Source: an uncultured Butyricicoccus sp.
Lineage (GTDB): Bacteria > Bacillota > Clostridia > Oscillospirales > Butyricicoccaceae
Reading direction: 5' to 3'
DNA: 41,622 nt
Assembly (NCBI GenBank): GCA_964399205.1
Contig: CAYNPX010000001.1
Coordinates: forward strand, 1 to 41,622
How positions within the stretch are numbered: the stretch's first letter is position 1; each line of letters starts with the position of its first letter. The notes below the pieces were generated by a model. It was not told where the DNA came from, ran no database searches, and worked only from the letters and a program-made list of their open reading frames with translations. Below are positions 19,429-29,423 of the stretch, in pieces. A program made the translations under genes and the position numbers.

Positions 19429-20160
19429 ATGGGAATTTTAACGATACTTTGGGAAAAATGGGTCGAATTCCGAAGAGATTTCTATAAAATCACATTGGCC
19501 GCAATGATCGCACCGTTGATGTATCTGGTGGTGTTCGGTCTGGGCATCCAGACAACCTCCCACGGCGAGCCTTATCTCAATTTTTTAATTCCGGGAGTCG
19601 TCGCCCTGACCACGATGAATGGCAGCTTTAACGCCATCGCGCAGAATCTGAATGTACAGCGGCTATATGAAAAAGCATTTGACCAGATTATGATTTCTCC
19701 AACGCCGTTGTGGCAGTTCATTGTGGGGCAGATCGTCGGCGGGAGCCTGCGCGGTCTATATGCCGGCGGGATCATTCTGTTATTGGTTGCGCCAATCGGT
19801 ACCGGTCTGGTGTTTCACGCAGCCTCTATTGCCATTATGTTTTTAAATGGAGCGGTTTTTTCCGCCGTCGGCGTTGTTGTTTCTTTTCTGGCAAAAAACC
19901 ATGCCGATGTTCCGCGCTTTTCCAACTACATCATCATGCCGATGGCATATCTCTGCAATACTTTTTTCTCCACAGATCGTATGCCCGCCGGTCTGCGGGA
20001 GGTCGTATCGGCTCTTCCGCTTTCACAGACAAGCGGTATGTTAAGAAGTATTGCCTCCGGTGAGAGCTGGAACGCATTTGGTATTGTTATCCTGCTCATT
20101 TATCTTGCCGTTTTCACAGGCATTTCTCTGTGGTTCGTTTATAAGAAACAAAATATGTAA
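19429..20160 (+). CDS. ABC-2 type permease
   Basis: Six TM helices, YLNFLIPG, LPLS. Confidence 0.88.
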   Translation: MGILTILWEKWVEFRRDFYKITLAAMIAPLMYLVVFGLGIQTTSHGEPYLNFLIPGVVALTTMNGSFNAIAQNLNVQRLYEKAFDQIMISPTPLWQFIVGQIVGGSLRGLYAGGIILLLVAPIGTGLVFHAASIAIMFLNGAVFSAVGVVVSFLAKNHADVPRFSNYIIMPMAYLCNTFFSTDRMPAGLREVVSALPLSQTSGMLRSIASGESWNAFGIVILLIYLAVFTGISLWFVYKKQNM

Positions 20161-20178
20161 CAGCCGGAGGTTCGCATC

Positions 20179-21171
20179 ATGAAAAAAACAATCAGAACAT
20201 TTGTTGCGCTCCTGCTGCCGCTGCTTCTGGCAATGTTTACTCCCTGCGCCTCAGCGGTTTCAACAAACAGCACAGTCGGGCAGTATGGAATGCTACCAAT
20301 CTATGGCTTTGATATTGCAGACGGTTCGTACACTGTGACCGTAGAATCCGATTCCGCATTATTGCAGGATGTCGTTGCAGATATCACCGTCACAGACGGA
20401 ACGATCACTGCGGAGCTTCTGCCGGTCAACGCAGACCTGTCTAAGCTGTCAGCAAAGAGCAGCGAAAAAGCTGCGGATAGCATCATTGAAGCGAATCAGG
20501 ACGGCGTATTTACCTTCCCTGTAAAGGCGCTGGATACCGCGATCCCGCTGTCTGTCTTTGATGCGCAGGCGCAGCGGTGGCAGGATTGTACGATCCTATT
20601 CCGTGCGGACAGTCTGCCGCAGGATGCGATGCTCATAACGCTTCCGGACTATGACCTGATTGAAAAGGCGCTGGACAGCTATGAAAGCGCAGGTAATGAC
20701 ATTCCACAGACGGTTTCCCCGGTTGAGGCTGTTTCAGTGGATATGAATGACGGGGAATATTCTGTTTCCGTTGACCTGACAGGCGGCAGCGGCAAAGCAT
20801 CTGTTTCAACACCTGCTCTGATGATCGTAAAAGATGGAAAAGCCTATGCCCGTGTGGAATGGAGCAGCGCCAATTATGACTACATGATCGTAGGGACGGA
20901 AACCTATTACAGCATCAGCGCGGAAGGCAGCAATTCCGTATTTGAAATTCCGATCAGCTGCTGGGACAATGAAATGCCGGTTATTGCGGATACGACCGCT
21001 ATGGGAACACCGCATGAAGTGCAGTATACGCTCATGTTTTATCGAGATTCCATCGGCGGAATCGGGCAGCTTCCGCAGGAAGCCGCCAAACGTGTCGTTT
21101 TCGTCGCGTTATTTATTATCGTCGGCGGAGGAATATTGAACCGCTATATCAAAAAGAAGCGGAGCATATAA
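20179..21171 (+). CDS. Secreted, C-terminally anchored protein with duplicated beta-rich (NEAT-like) domains
   Basis: Signal peptide, two DG.Y.V.V repeats, GGSGKAS...WSSANYDYMIV, C-terminal TM helix plus basic tail. The NEAT-like label is tentative. Confidence 0.55.
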   Translation: MKKTIRTFVALLLPLLLAMFTPCASAVSTNSTVGQYGMLPIYGFDIADGSYTVTVESDSALLQDVVADITVTDGTITAELLPVNADLSKLSAKSSEKAADSIIEANQDGVFTFPVKALDTAIPLSVFDAQAQRWQDCTILFRADSLPQDAMLITLPDYDLIEKALDSYESAGNDIPQTVSPVEAVSVDMNDGEYSVSVDLTGGSGKASVSTPALMIVKDGKAYARVEWSSANYDYMIVGTETYYSISAEGSNSVFEIPISCWDNEMPVIADTTAMGTPHEVQYTLMFYRDSIGGIGQLPQEAAKRVVFVALFIIVGGGILNRYIKKKRSI

Positions 21172-21188
21172 CTTCGTTAAAAAATCCA

Positions 21189-21230
21189 ACAGCGCCCTGC
21201 CGAATTTCCAATCGTCCGGTAAGGCGCTGT
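21189..21230. terminator. Hairpin between convergent genes
   Basis: ACAGCGCC...GGCGCTGT. Confidence 0.55.
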
Positions 21231-21250
21231 ATCAAATCAGTCGGTTACAT

Positions 21251-23608
21251 TTACATAAATCCCAGCAGCATTCCGAACACATGAACTGCCATTGCGCAGA
21301 GCCATGCTATGCCGCACTGCAGGATAACAATGCCCGCAGCCCACTTGCTTCCAAGCTCACGCTTGATGGAAGCGATAGCGGCAACGCAGGGCGTATACAA
21401 CAGACAGAATACCAGCAGGGCTGCCGCCGCCAGCGGTGTGATCGTCTGAAGCAGCGTATCGGTTGTCCCGAACAGGATGGACAGTGTAGATACCACGCTT
21501 TCCTTCGCCATAAAGCCGGTAATCAATGCCGTAGAAATCCGCCAGTCTCCAAAACCCAATGGTGCAAAAATCGGTGAGATCCAGCCTGCAACGATCGCAA
21601 GAATGCTATCCTGAGAAGCTGTCACAACATTCAGATGCAGATCAAAGGTTTGCAGGAACCAGATCACAATCGTTGCCAAAAAGATAACCGTAAATGCACG
21701 CTGTAAGAAATCCTTTGCTTTTTCCCACAGCAGCTGCGCAACATTTTTCATTCCCGGCATACGGTAATTCGGAAGCTCCATAACGAATGGGACCGCTTCT
21801 CCCCTGAACGCCGTATTTTTGGAAATCAGCGCAGTCAAAATGCCGACCGCGATTCCGATAAAGTACAGTGCTATCATAATCAAGCCGCCGTGCTTCGGGA
21901 AAAATGCAGCTGTGAAAAATCCATAGATCGGCAGCTTTGCTGTGCAGCTCATAAACGGAATCATCATGATCGTCATTTTTCGGTCGCGCTCTGACGGCAG
22001 CGTGCGGCTGGACATTACACCCGGTACGGAACAGCCAAAGCCGATCAGCATCGGTACGATGCTTCTGCCGGATAAGCCGATCTTACGCAGCAGTTTATCC
22101 ATAACAAACGCAACACGTGCCATATATCCGGTGTCCTCGAGCAGCGAGAGGAAGAAGAAAAGTGTCACGATGATCGGCAGGAAGCTCAACACGCTGCCAA
22201 CACCGTTGAAAATGCCATCAATCACCAGCGAGTGCAACACCGCATTGACATGCCATGCGGTAAGCCCGACATCGACAACAGACGTAATCATATCAATCGC
22301 GCCTTCGAGCAGCCCTTGCAGCCATGCGCCGATCACATTGAACGTCAGCCAGAATATCAGAGCCATGATGCCCGCAAAAGCCGGAATCGCTGTATATTTT
22401 CCCGTGAGAACGGTGTCGATCTTCCGGCTTCTTTCCCGTTCCTTACTCTCTTTCGGCTTAACGACACACCGCTCTACCAGCTTGCCAATAAAAGAAAAGC
22501 GCATATCCGCAATCGCAGCGGCGCGATCCATACCGCGTTCTTCCTCCATCTGGTAGATAATATGCTCCACCATCTCCTGCTCATTCTGTGTCAGCCGCAG
22601 CGCATTCCGGATGCGTTCATCCCCCTCTACCAGCTTGGTCGCAGCAAAGCGGACTGGAATCTCCGCTTTTTCTGCATGATCCTGAATCAAATGCATAATA
22701 CCATGCAGGCAGCGGTGGACCGCGCCGCCGTGATCACTTTCGTCGCAAAAGTCCTTTCGGCCCGGTCGTTCCTGATATTTGGCAATATGTACCGCATGAT
22801 TGACAAGCTCTTCGATGCCTTCGTTTTTCGCCGCGGAAATCGGTACGACCGGAATGCCCAGCAGTTCCTCCATCGCGTTGATATAGATGCTGCCGCCATT
22901 TCCGCGGACTTCATCCATCATATTCAATACCAGCACCATCGGGATATCCAGTTCCATCAGCTGCATCGTCAGATACAGGTTCCGCTCAATATTGGTCGCA
23001 TCAACAATGTTGATAATGCCCTTTGGTTTTTCATTTACAATAAACTGCCTGGATACAATTTCTTCACTTGTATAGGGCGAAAGCGAGTAGATCCCCGGCA
23101 GGTCTGTCACGAGGGTATCCTCTCTTCCGCGGATGGAACCGCTTTTCCGATCAACGGTTACGCCGGGAAAATTTCCGACATGCTGGTTCGCGCCTGTCAG
23201 CTGATTAAATAATGTTGTCTTGCCGCAATTCTGGTTGCCCGCAAGTGCAAAGGTCAGCAGCGTTCCGTCCGGAAGCGGATTTTCGTCCGCCTTCACATGA
23301 TAGATGCCGCCTTCTCCCAGTCCCGGATGCTCTGTCTTTTCGCCAAAGCCTCCCTGTTTCTGCCTGACCGCCTGCGAAGGCTGTCTGATTTTATGGACGG
23401 AGATTCTTTCCGCGTCCGCCAATCGCAAGGTCAGCTGATATCCATGTATCCGCAGCTCCATGGGATCTCCCATTGGAGCAAATTTTTCCAATGTTACCTC
23501 CGCGCCGGGAATCACACCCATGTCCAGAAAATGTTGCCGCAACGCGCCGTCTCCACCGACAACATCAATCACCGCGGACTGACCGATTTCCAATTCTTTT
23601 AACGTCAT
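21251..23608 (-). CDS. feoB: Ferrous iron transporter FeoB with fused N-terminal FeoA domain
   Basis: FeoA motif APMGDPMEL, GNQNCGKTT, NFPGVTV, DLPG, GFGCSVP, LLYTPCVA. Confidence 0.96.
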   Translation of the reverse strand: MTLKELEIGQSAVIDVVGGDGALRQHFLDMGVIPGAEVTLEKFAPMGDPMELRIHGYQLTLRLADAERISVHKIRQPSQAVRQKQGGFGEKTEHPGLGEGGIYHVKADENPLPDGTLLTFALAGNQNCGKTTLFNQLTGANQHVGNFPGVTVDRKSGSIRGREDTLVTDLPGIYSLSPYTSEEIVSRQFIVNEKPKGIINIVDATNIERNLYLTMQLMELDIPMVLVLNMMDEVRGNGGSIYINAMEELLGIPVVPISAAKNEGIEELVNHAVHIAKYQERPGRKDFCDESDHGGAVHRCLHGIMHLIQDHAEKAEIPVRFAATKLVEGDERIRNALRLTQNEQEMVEHIIYQMEEERGMDRAAAIADMRFSFIGKLVERCVVKPKESKERERSRKIDTVLTGKYTAIPAFAGIMALIFWLTFNVIGAWLQGLLEGAIDMITSVVDVGLTAWHVNAVLHSLVIDGIFNGVGSVLSFLPIIVTLFFFLSLLEDTGYMARVAFVMDKLLRKIGLSGRSIVPMLIGFGCSVPGVMSSRTLPSERDRKMTIMMIPFMSCTAKLPIYGFFTAAFFPKHGGLIMIALYFIGIAVGILTALISKNTAFRGEAVPFVMELPNYRMPGMKNVAQLLWEKAKDFLQRAFTVIFLATIVIWFLQTFDLHLNVVTASQDSILAIVAGWISPIFAPLGFGDWRISTALITGFMAKESVVSTLSILFGTTDTLLQTITPLAAAALLVFCLLYTPCVAAIASIKRELGSKWAAGIVILQCGIAWLCAMAVHVFGMLLGFM

Positions 23609-23805
23609 AAGGTTTACCTGCCCCTATAAAATATCTACACATGCGACAGCAAAAGTATGTGTGCACTAACAAACCTGTTTCCTGTATTATACTACGTATA
23701 TCCATATATGCATAGCCTTTTTTCCATTTTTTCGCAAATTGATTTTGCTTATCCGCTTGCTTCTTCTTTTGCAGACGCAAAATCCAAAACCAGCCCGTTC
23801 CATTT

Positions 23806-23822
23806 GTAAACTATAGGTAAAC
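23806..23822. promoter_or_regulatory. OmpR-type direct repeat box
   Basis: GTAAAC-TATAG-GTAAAC (11-bp period); near-identical copy at 25680-25696. Confidence 0.55.
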
Positions 23823-23922
23823 TTTTCGGTTAAATTTGTTTATGTTTCAGCTACAGAATTATGTTAGAATAAATGTATACTATGGCGTGTCCGGATTGCG
23901 CCGAAACAAAGGAGCAAATACA

Positions 23923-24606
23923 ATGGCAAATGTTCTTGTTGTTGATGATGATAGAAATATGCGGCTGCTGACATCTGCAAGGCTGTCCGACACCTACACT
24001 GTCGTGACGGCATGTGACGGACTGGAGGCGCTGAACCACATCCATAAAGGCGGAATCGACCTGATCGTCGCCGATATTATGATGCCGCGTATGGACGGCT
24101 ATGAATTGCTGCAAACCATACGGAACGAAGGGTACTCGACCCCATTTCTCCTGTTGACGGCGAAGGAGGAGCAGTGTGACAAAAAGCGCGGATTCTCGCT
24201 CGGCACAGACGACTATATGACAAAGCCGTTTAGCAGCGATGAATTGCTGTGGCGCATTGCGGCGTTGCTCCGGCGGGCAAATATTTCCCAGAGCAAGAAA
24301 ATCATACTCGATCAAACAACAATCGATTCTGAAAAGTATGCGGTCTACACCGATTCGCAATATATCGAATTTCCCAAAAAGGAATTTGATCTGCTGTTCA
24401 AGCTGCTGTCCTATCCCGACCGCATTTTTTCCAAGGAGCAGCTGTTAGACAGCATCTGGGGGCTGCACTCCGCAAGCGGTGAGGATACCGTAAAAACGCA
24501 CATCAGCCGTATCCGCAATCGATTGTCCGGTATTTCCGATTTTCGCATTATCACGATCAAAGGGCTTGGCTATAAGGCTGACATCGGAGGGAAACGAAAA
24601 AAATGA
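23923..24606 (+). CDS. OmpR-family response regulator (HssR-like)
   Basis: VVDDD, DIMMPRMDG, KPF and winged helix. RBS AGGAG. Confidence 0.92.
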   Translation: MANVLVVDDDRNMRLLTSARLSDTYTVVTACDGLEALNHIHKGGIDLIVADIMMPRMDGYELLQTIRNEGYSTPFLLLTAKEEQCDKKRGFSLGTDDYMTKPFSSDELLWRIAALLRRANISQSKKIILDQTTIDSEKYAVYTDSQYIEFPKKEFDLLFKLLSYPDRIFSKEQLLDSIWGLHSASGEDTVKTHISRIRNRLSGISDFRIITIKGLGYKADIGGKRKK

Positions 24607-25694
24607 CAAGAAAGACGTCCAGTGGATTTTTGCGGCGTTCCATACCCGAAATCCTCGTCCAATCCATTGCAATTATGATTACTGCCATTGTTTCCTATCT
24701 GCTGATGACATGGCTGATTCGTGATGTGATAAAAATTGACAATTCCTATTTGGGCAGAACCTATGAAATATTGGGCACGCTATTCATGATGAGCCTGATT
24801 CTTGTTTCCACCAATACATACACCTATCGAAAGCGGGTGCGGGAGATAAAAACGCTTTCAAACGCCATCGAACAGGTTGCAAACGGGGATTTTAACGCAA
24901 AAATACCGATCAATCCCAATGATCCGATGGCGCAGGTATACGCGGATTTTAACAAGATGAGCGATGAACTTGCGAGTGTCCAGATTCTGCGCAACGATTT
25001 TATCAACAACTATTCCCATGAATTCAAAACTCCAATTGCGTCCATCAATGGCTTTGCCGAGCTGCTTCTGGATCGAGAACTCCCGCTTGACGTACAGCGG
25101 CAATATTTAGCCATCATCCGCGATGAATCCGAACGGCTTTCCAGATTGACAAGCAATACGATCCTGCTTTCCAAATTGTCTTCCCAAAAGATTATCACAG
25201 ATATAGAACCCTATAATCTGGGAGAACAACTGCGGCAATGCTCCATTATTTTGTCTCCGCAGTGGATGAAAAAACAGATCGAATTCAGCGGTGATTTTCC
25301 CGACGTAGCATTTTTCTCAAACAAAGAACTGATGCAGCACCTGTGGCTCAATATCATCGGCAACGCGGTAAAATACACGCCTGATGGCGGAGAAATCACT
25401 GTGACGCTGTGTCAGCAAGATGATACTGCAATCGTAACGGTTGCCGATACCGGAATGGGAATGAGCAATGAAACCTGTGCGCATTTGTTTGACCCATATT
25501 ATCAGGGAGATTCCAGCCGTTCCTCGCTCGGTCTCGGTCTCGGGTTATCCATTGCAAAGCGAATCGTGGAGCTGAACAACGGAACGATCACGGTAAAAAG
25601 TGAATTGCGCATCGGCAGCGAATTTGTTATTTCGGTACCAATCAAAGCGAATGGAGCGCCTATCCGCAAGCAAGCAAAAGTAAACTATACGTAA
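24603..25694 (+). CDS. HAMP-domain sensor histidine kinase (HssS-like)
   Basis: Two TM helices, HAMP, SHEFKTP, NAVKY, DTGMG, GLGLGL. Confidence 0.92.
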   Translation: MTRKTSSGFLRRSIPEILVQSIAIMITAIVSYLLMTWLIRDVIKIDNSYLGRTYEILGTLFMMSLILVSTNTYTYRKRVREIKTLSNAIEQVANGDFNAKIPINPNDPMAQVYADFNKMSDELASVQILRNDFINNYSHEFKTPIASINGFAELLLDRELPLDVQRQYLAIIRDESERLSRLTSNTILLSKLSSQKIITDIEPYNLGEQLRQCSIILSPQWMKKQIEFSGDFPDVAFFSNKELMQHLWLNIIGNAVKYTPDGGEITVTLCQQDDTAIVTVADTGMGMSNETCAHLFDPYYQGDSSRSSLGLGLGLSIAKRIVELNNGTITVKSELRIGSEFVISVPIKANGAPIRKQAKVNYT

Positions 25695-25696
25695 AC
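25680..25696. promoter_or_regulatory. Second OmpR-type direct repeat box, upstream of degV
   Basis: GTAAAC-TATAC-GTAAAC, 16/17 identical to 23806-23822. Confidence 0.55.
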
Positions 25697-25826
25697 AAAC
25701 CCCATCTGTTTCTTTACGTTCCAGCGACATTTCTTTGATAAAATAGGAATAGAATCCGGTTTACCTGTAAGCAAAAAACGCATCATTTTTGTTTTCAGGC
25801 ACAACAGAAACGAAAGGACAGAGCGT

Positions 25827-26711
25827 ATGAAGAAATATATTTTGCTTGTGGAAACAGGCGCCGATATGCCGCGTGAGATGTCAGCCCGCTTCGGTATTTA
25901 TCAGGTCCCGATGCATGTATCCTTTGGAGACGATACACGCGATGATGGTACCATTTCAATCCATGAGCTTTTTTCTTACTATGAAAAAACCGGTATGCTG
26001 CCTCAGACAAGCGGCTGCACACCGCATGATTTTGAGCAGGTCTTTGACGAAATACACACACAATATCCGGACGGTCACATTATTCATCTTGCTTATTCTG
26101 CTGCGACCACATGCTCCTATCAAAACGCGATCATCGCCGCAGAGGAGCGCGATTATGTTACCAGCATCGACACCAGGCATGTCTCCGCCGGTCAGACGAT
26201 CACTGCGCTCGCAACGATGCGTTATATAGAAAATCATCCCGACTGTACGCCGCAGCAAATTGTTGAGGCTGTCACACTGATCCGCGGGTGCTGCCGCATG
26301 GCATTCTTCCCCGGCGATCTCGCCTATCTGAAGGCTGGCGGCCGCGTGAGCAACGCCGCGTATCTCGGCGCAAAAATTCTTTCACTTAATCCGTTGATTG
26401 AGATAAACGATGGACTGTTGCAGGCAACCAAAAAATATCGCGGATCCATGCAAAAGGTCGCTCCGAAAATGCTGCGCGATTACGCCGCACAGCAAAAGCT
26501 GGACAAACGCCTGCTTGCATTCGTCTACTCCGAAGGATTGGACGAGACACTCAAAAAAGAACTGACGCAGGACGCGCAGGCACTTGGATTTGAAACCGTA
26601 CTTTGGATACAAACCGGCTGCGTCGTCTCATCCCACAGTGGTCCCGGCGCGTTTGGTGTCAGCGGCTTCGCGGAAAACGACGCACTCAATCGTCTTTTTC
26701 CAGAGAAGTGA
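25827..26711 (+). CDS. DegV family fatty-acid-binding protein
   Basis: PQTSG, YLKAGGRVS, SHSGPGAFG. Confidence 0.92.
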   Translation: MKKYILLVETGADMPREMSARFGIYQVPMHVSFGDDTRDDGTISIHELFSYYEKTGMLPQTSGCTPHDFEQVFDEIHTQYPDGHIIHLAYSAATTCSYQNAIIAAEERDYVTSIDTRHVSAGQTITALATMRYIENHPDCTPQQIVEAVTLIRGCCRMAFFPGDLAYLKAGGRVSNAAYLGAKILSLNPLIEINDGLLQATKKYRGSMQKVAPKMLRDYAAQQKLDKRLLAFVYSEGLDETLKKELTQDAQALGFETVLWIQTGCVVSSHSGPGAFGVSGFAENDALNRLFPEK

Positions 26712-26727
26712 AAGAAGTTCCGTCCGC

Positions 26728-26757
26728 GCATAGGATCGTGCATTTTCGCCCATACTA
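26728..26757 (+). promoter_or_regulatory. sigmaG-type forespore promoter
   Basis: GCATA-N18-CATACTA, matching the sigmaG consensus. Confidence 0.65.
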
Positions 26758-26787
26758 TGGCAAAAAGCAGGTGTGGAGGGAATGCAT

Positions 26788-28242
26788 ATGCAGTCGATCT
26801 GGAGTCAGGAAACTTCCATTTCTCAGCGCGGCGCATTAGAGGGTAATATCGAAACTGACACAGCGGTGATCGGCGGCGGTCTTGCCGGAATTTTGATCGC
26901 ATATTTGTTACAGCAGCGCGGCGTGCCGGTAATCGTACTGGAAGCCGGTCGGATCGCGAGCGGTCAGACCTGCAATACGACCGCAAAGATCACGTCGCAG
27001 CACGATTTGATTTACAGCAAATTGATTCGTGATTTCGGCATGGAGCGCGCCCGACAATATGCGCAGGCAAATCAGGCGGCAATCGAAGCGTATCAGGCTA
27101 TGATACAGCAGCATCATATCAGCTGTGATTTTGAACGCATCCCCACATATTTGTATACGCGCGGGAATCCGGATCAGCTGCGGCGGGAAACCGAAGCGGC
27201 GCAAAGCCTTGGAATCGACGCGGTATTTACGCGGGACACTGTACTGCCCTTTGCCGTGAAAGGGGCAGTCAAATTTGCGCATCAGGCGCAGTTCCACCCG
27301 CTGAAATTCATATCCTGCATTGCCAAAAACATTACTATCTATGAACAAACAAAGGTGCAAGCCATAGACGGAACTGTCCTGCGCACAGGCAATGGAACAG
27401 TAAAGGCAAAACATATTATTTTTGCAGATCACTATCCCTTTGTCAACTTTCCGGGTATGTACTTTGCGCGGATGCACCAGGAACGAAGCTATGTTTTGGC
27501 GCTCCGCCACGCGCAGCAGTTGGATGGCGCATATCTCGGTATTGATCATGACGGATGTTCTTTCCGCAATGCCGGAGAACTGCTCCTGCTCGGCGGCGGA
27601 AGCCATCGTACCGGTTTGAATCAAACCGGCGGACAATATGCGGCTCTACAAAAAAATGCGCACGCATGGTATCCAAACAGCGTAGAAGTCGCCCGATGGT
27701 CCGCGCAGGATTGTATTCCGATCGACGGCGTTCCATATATCGGTCAATTTGCTCGGTCAAGACCAAACTGGTTTGTCGCCACAGGTTTTCAAAAATGGGG
27801 GATGACCAGCGCAATGGTTGCCGCAACGCTGCTCTCCGACCGCATCTGCGGGAAACCAAATGCCTGTGCGGAGGTGTTCTCCCCGCAGCGCTTTTATCTG
27901 CGCGCTTCCGCAAGAAAATTATCTGCAAACGTCGGACAATTCGCAAAATCGCTGGCAAAACGAACCTTCGGAATGCCTGATCTGACACTGGATCGTCTGC
28001 CAAAAGAGCATGGCGGAATCGTGTCTGCAAACGGCAAAAAGGTCGGCGCGTACAAAGACAAAACCGGCAAGGTATATCTGGTTTCCGTCCGTTGCCCGCA
28101 TCTCGGCTGTCAGCTGGCATGGAGTCCGGAGGAGTGTTCATGGGATTGCCCCTGTCATGGCTCCCGTTTTGATTACACCGGAAAACGAATCAGCGGACCG
28201 GCGCAGACAGATATCACGCTGCAAACCGAAACAACGAAATGA
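26788..28242 (+). CDS. FAD-dependent oxidoreductase with C-terminal Rieske 2Fe-2S domain (YhfW-like)
   Basis: IGGGLAG FAD motif, TTAKITSQH, CPHLGC...WDCPCHGSRF. Confidence 0.9.
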   Translation: MQSIWSQETSISQRGALEGNIETDTAVIGGGLAGILIAYLLQQRGVPVIVLEAGRIASGQTCNTTAKITSQHDLIYSKLIRDFGMERARQYAQANQAAIEAYQAMIQQHHISCDFERIPTYLYTRGNPDQLRRETEAAQSLGIDAVFTRDTVLPFAVKGAVKFAHQAQFHPLKFISCIAKNITIYEQTKVQAIDGTVLRTGNGTVKAKHIIFADHYPFVNFPGMYFARMHQERSYVLALRHAQQLDGAYLGIDHDGCSFRNAGELLLLGGGSHRTGLNQTGGQYAALQKNAHAWYPNSVEVARWSAQDCIPIDGVPYIGQFARSRPNWFVATGFQKWGMTSAMVAATLLSDRICGKPNACAEVFSPQRFYLRASARKLSANVGQFAKSLAKRTFGMPDLTLDRLPKEHGGIVSANGKKVGAYKDKTGKVYLVSVRCPHLGCQLAWSPEECSWDCPCHGSRFDYTGKRISGPAQTDITLQTETTK

Positions 28243-28273
28243 TCAAAGAAAAACACCTTGCCGATTGAGCAGA

Positions 28274-29419
28274 TCAGCAGGGTGTTCCCATGTTCGCAAT
28301 TTTATAAACAATGCGCTCCATCTCGCTGTATTTCTCCATCATATCCCGAAACAGCGCCAGCTGACATCTCGCCTTTATCAGATTGTATTTTGGATACTTT
28401 ATTTTAAAATACCGGTCTCCCGTGATATAATCGTCCAGATATCTGACTGCAAGCTCCAGCGTGACAGTAGCAGCGCCCTGCGCAAGCGAATGCAATTCCG
28501 CTTGCGTCAAAATGTCCGCTGTTTGTGACAGATAGCCCGCCGAAAATGCATGGAACAGTCCAAGATCGAGCCGTATTTTATCTAATTCCATTTCATCTGA
28601 TGCCGCAGTATTGGCAGCGGAGCGAATGGCGTCACCAAAATCATATGCAACCGCGCCCGCCATAACAGTGTCCAAATCGATCACGGTCAATGGCTGCAAG
28701 GTCTGCTTATCAAACAGGACATTGCTTAGCTTGGTATCATTATGCGTGACACGCAAAGGCAGCAGCCCCCTGTCCTGCTTTTCACTCAAGCTACTCCCGA
28801 AGGCTTTCGCCGCGGCAATCATCCGAATCTCTTCGCGCACTTCATCGCACCGCCCGCAGATATCTTGCGTTACATGCTGAAAAAACCGCTCCAGACGAAA
28901 ACGGGTATCGTGAAAACGCGGAATCGTCTCAGTCAGCTGTTGTGCGTCGAAATCACTGAGCTGCTCGAAGAAACAACCAAAGGCAACGCCCGCTCCATGA
29001 AGGATTCGCAGATCGTTCGTTTTATCAAATGCGACCGAATCCTCTATGTAATTGCATACCCGCCAAAATTCCGCTTCTCCATCCTGTTCAAGCGACAGAT
29101 AATTTTCGCCTGTATCCGCTTGGTAAAAATGCAGCTGTTCCCCGCAAGGCTGTATCCCTCTCATTTTATTCTTTCGTGTTATATGGCGGGTAACAAGATC
29201 AATATTCCGCATCACCTGCCTCGGATCGGCAAAAACATAGCTGTTGATCCGTTGAACCAGATATGCTGTTGTTTCAGTTTTATTATCGCACAGAACCTTA
29301 TATGTCGTGTTGATGTTCCCTTGGGTGATCTGCTCCCACGCCTGTAGTTCGCCGCAAATACAAAATCGCCGGCAAATATACCGAAGGATATCTGTCGTAT
29401 CTGCTGTACCATACGTCAT
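28274..29419 (-). CDS. APH-family phosphotransferase (N-acetylhexosamine 1-kinase-like)
   Basis: GNINTTY, QRIN, THNDTKLSN, VIDLDTVM, YDFGDAIR. Confidence 0.85.
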   Translation of the reverse strand: MTYGTADTTDILRYICRRFCICGELQAWEQITQGNINTTYKVLCDNKTETTAYLVQRINSYVFADPRQVMRNIDLVTRHITRKNKMRGIQPCGEQLHFYQADTGENYLSLEQDGEAEFWRVCNYIEDSVAFDKTNDLRILHGAGVAFGCFFEQLSDFDAQQLTETIPRFHDTRFRLERFFQHVTQDICGRCDEVREEIRMIAAAKAFGSSLSEKQDRGLLPLRVTHNDTKLSNVLFDKQTLQPLTVIDLDTVMAGAVAYDFGDAIRSAANTAASDEMELDKIRLDLGLFHAFSAGYLSQTADILTQAELHSLAQGAATVTLELAVRYLDDYITGDRYFKIKYPKYNLIKARCQLALFRDMMEKYSEMERIVYKIANMGTPC

Positions 29420-29423
29420 ATTG

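Noticed and set aside
22232-23212. Long antisense ORFs (e.g. 326 aa opposite feoB, 266 aa opposite adh, 246 aa opposite fucO)
   Set aside because: Shadow frames of well-supported genes, with no recognisable motifs.
21251-23608. FeoA-FeoB fusion as a novelty
   Set aside because: A known fusion in gut Clostridia.
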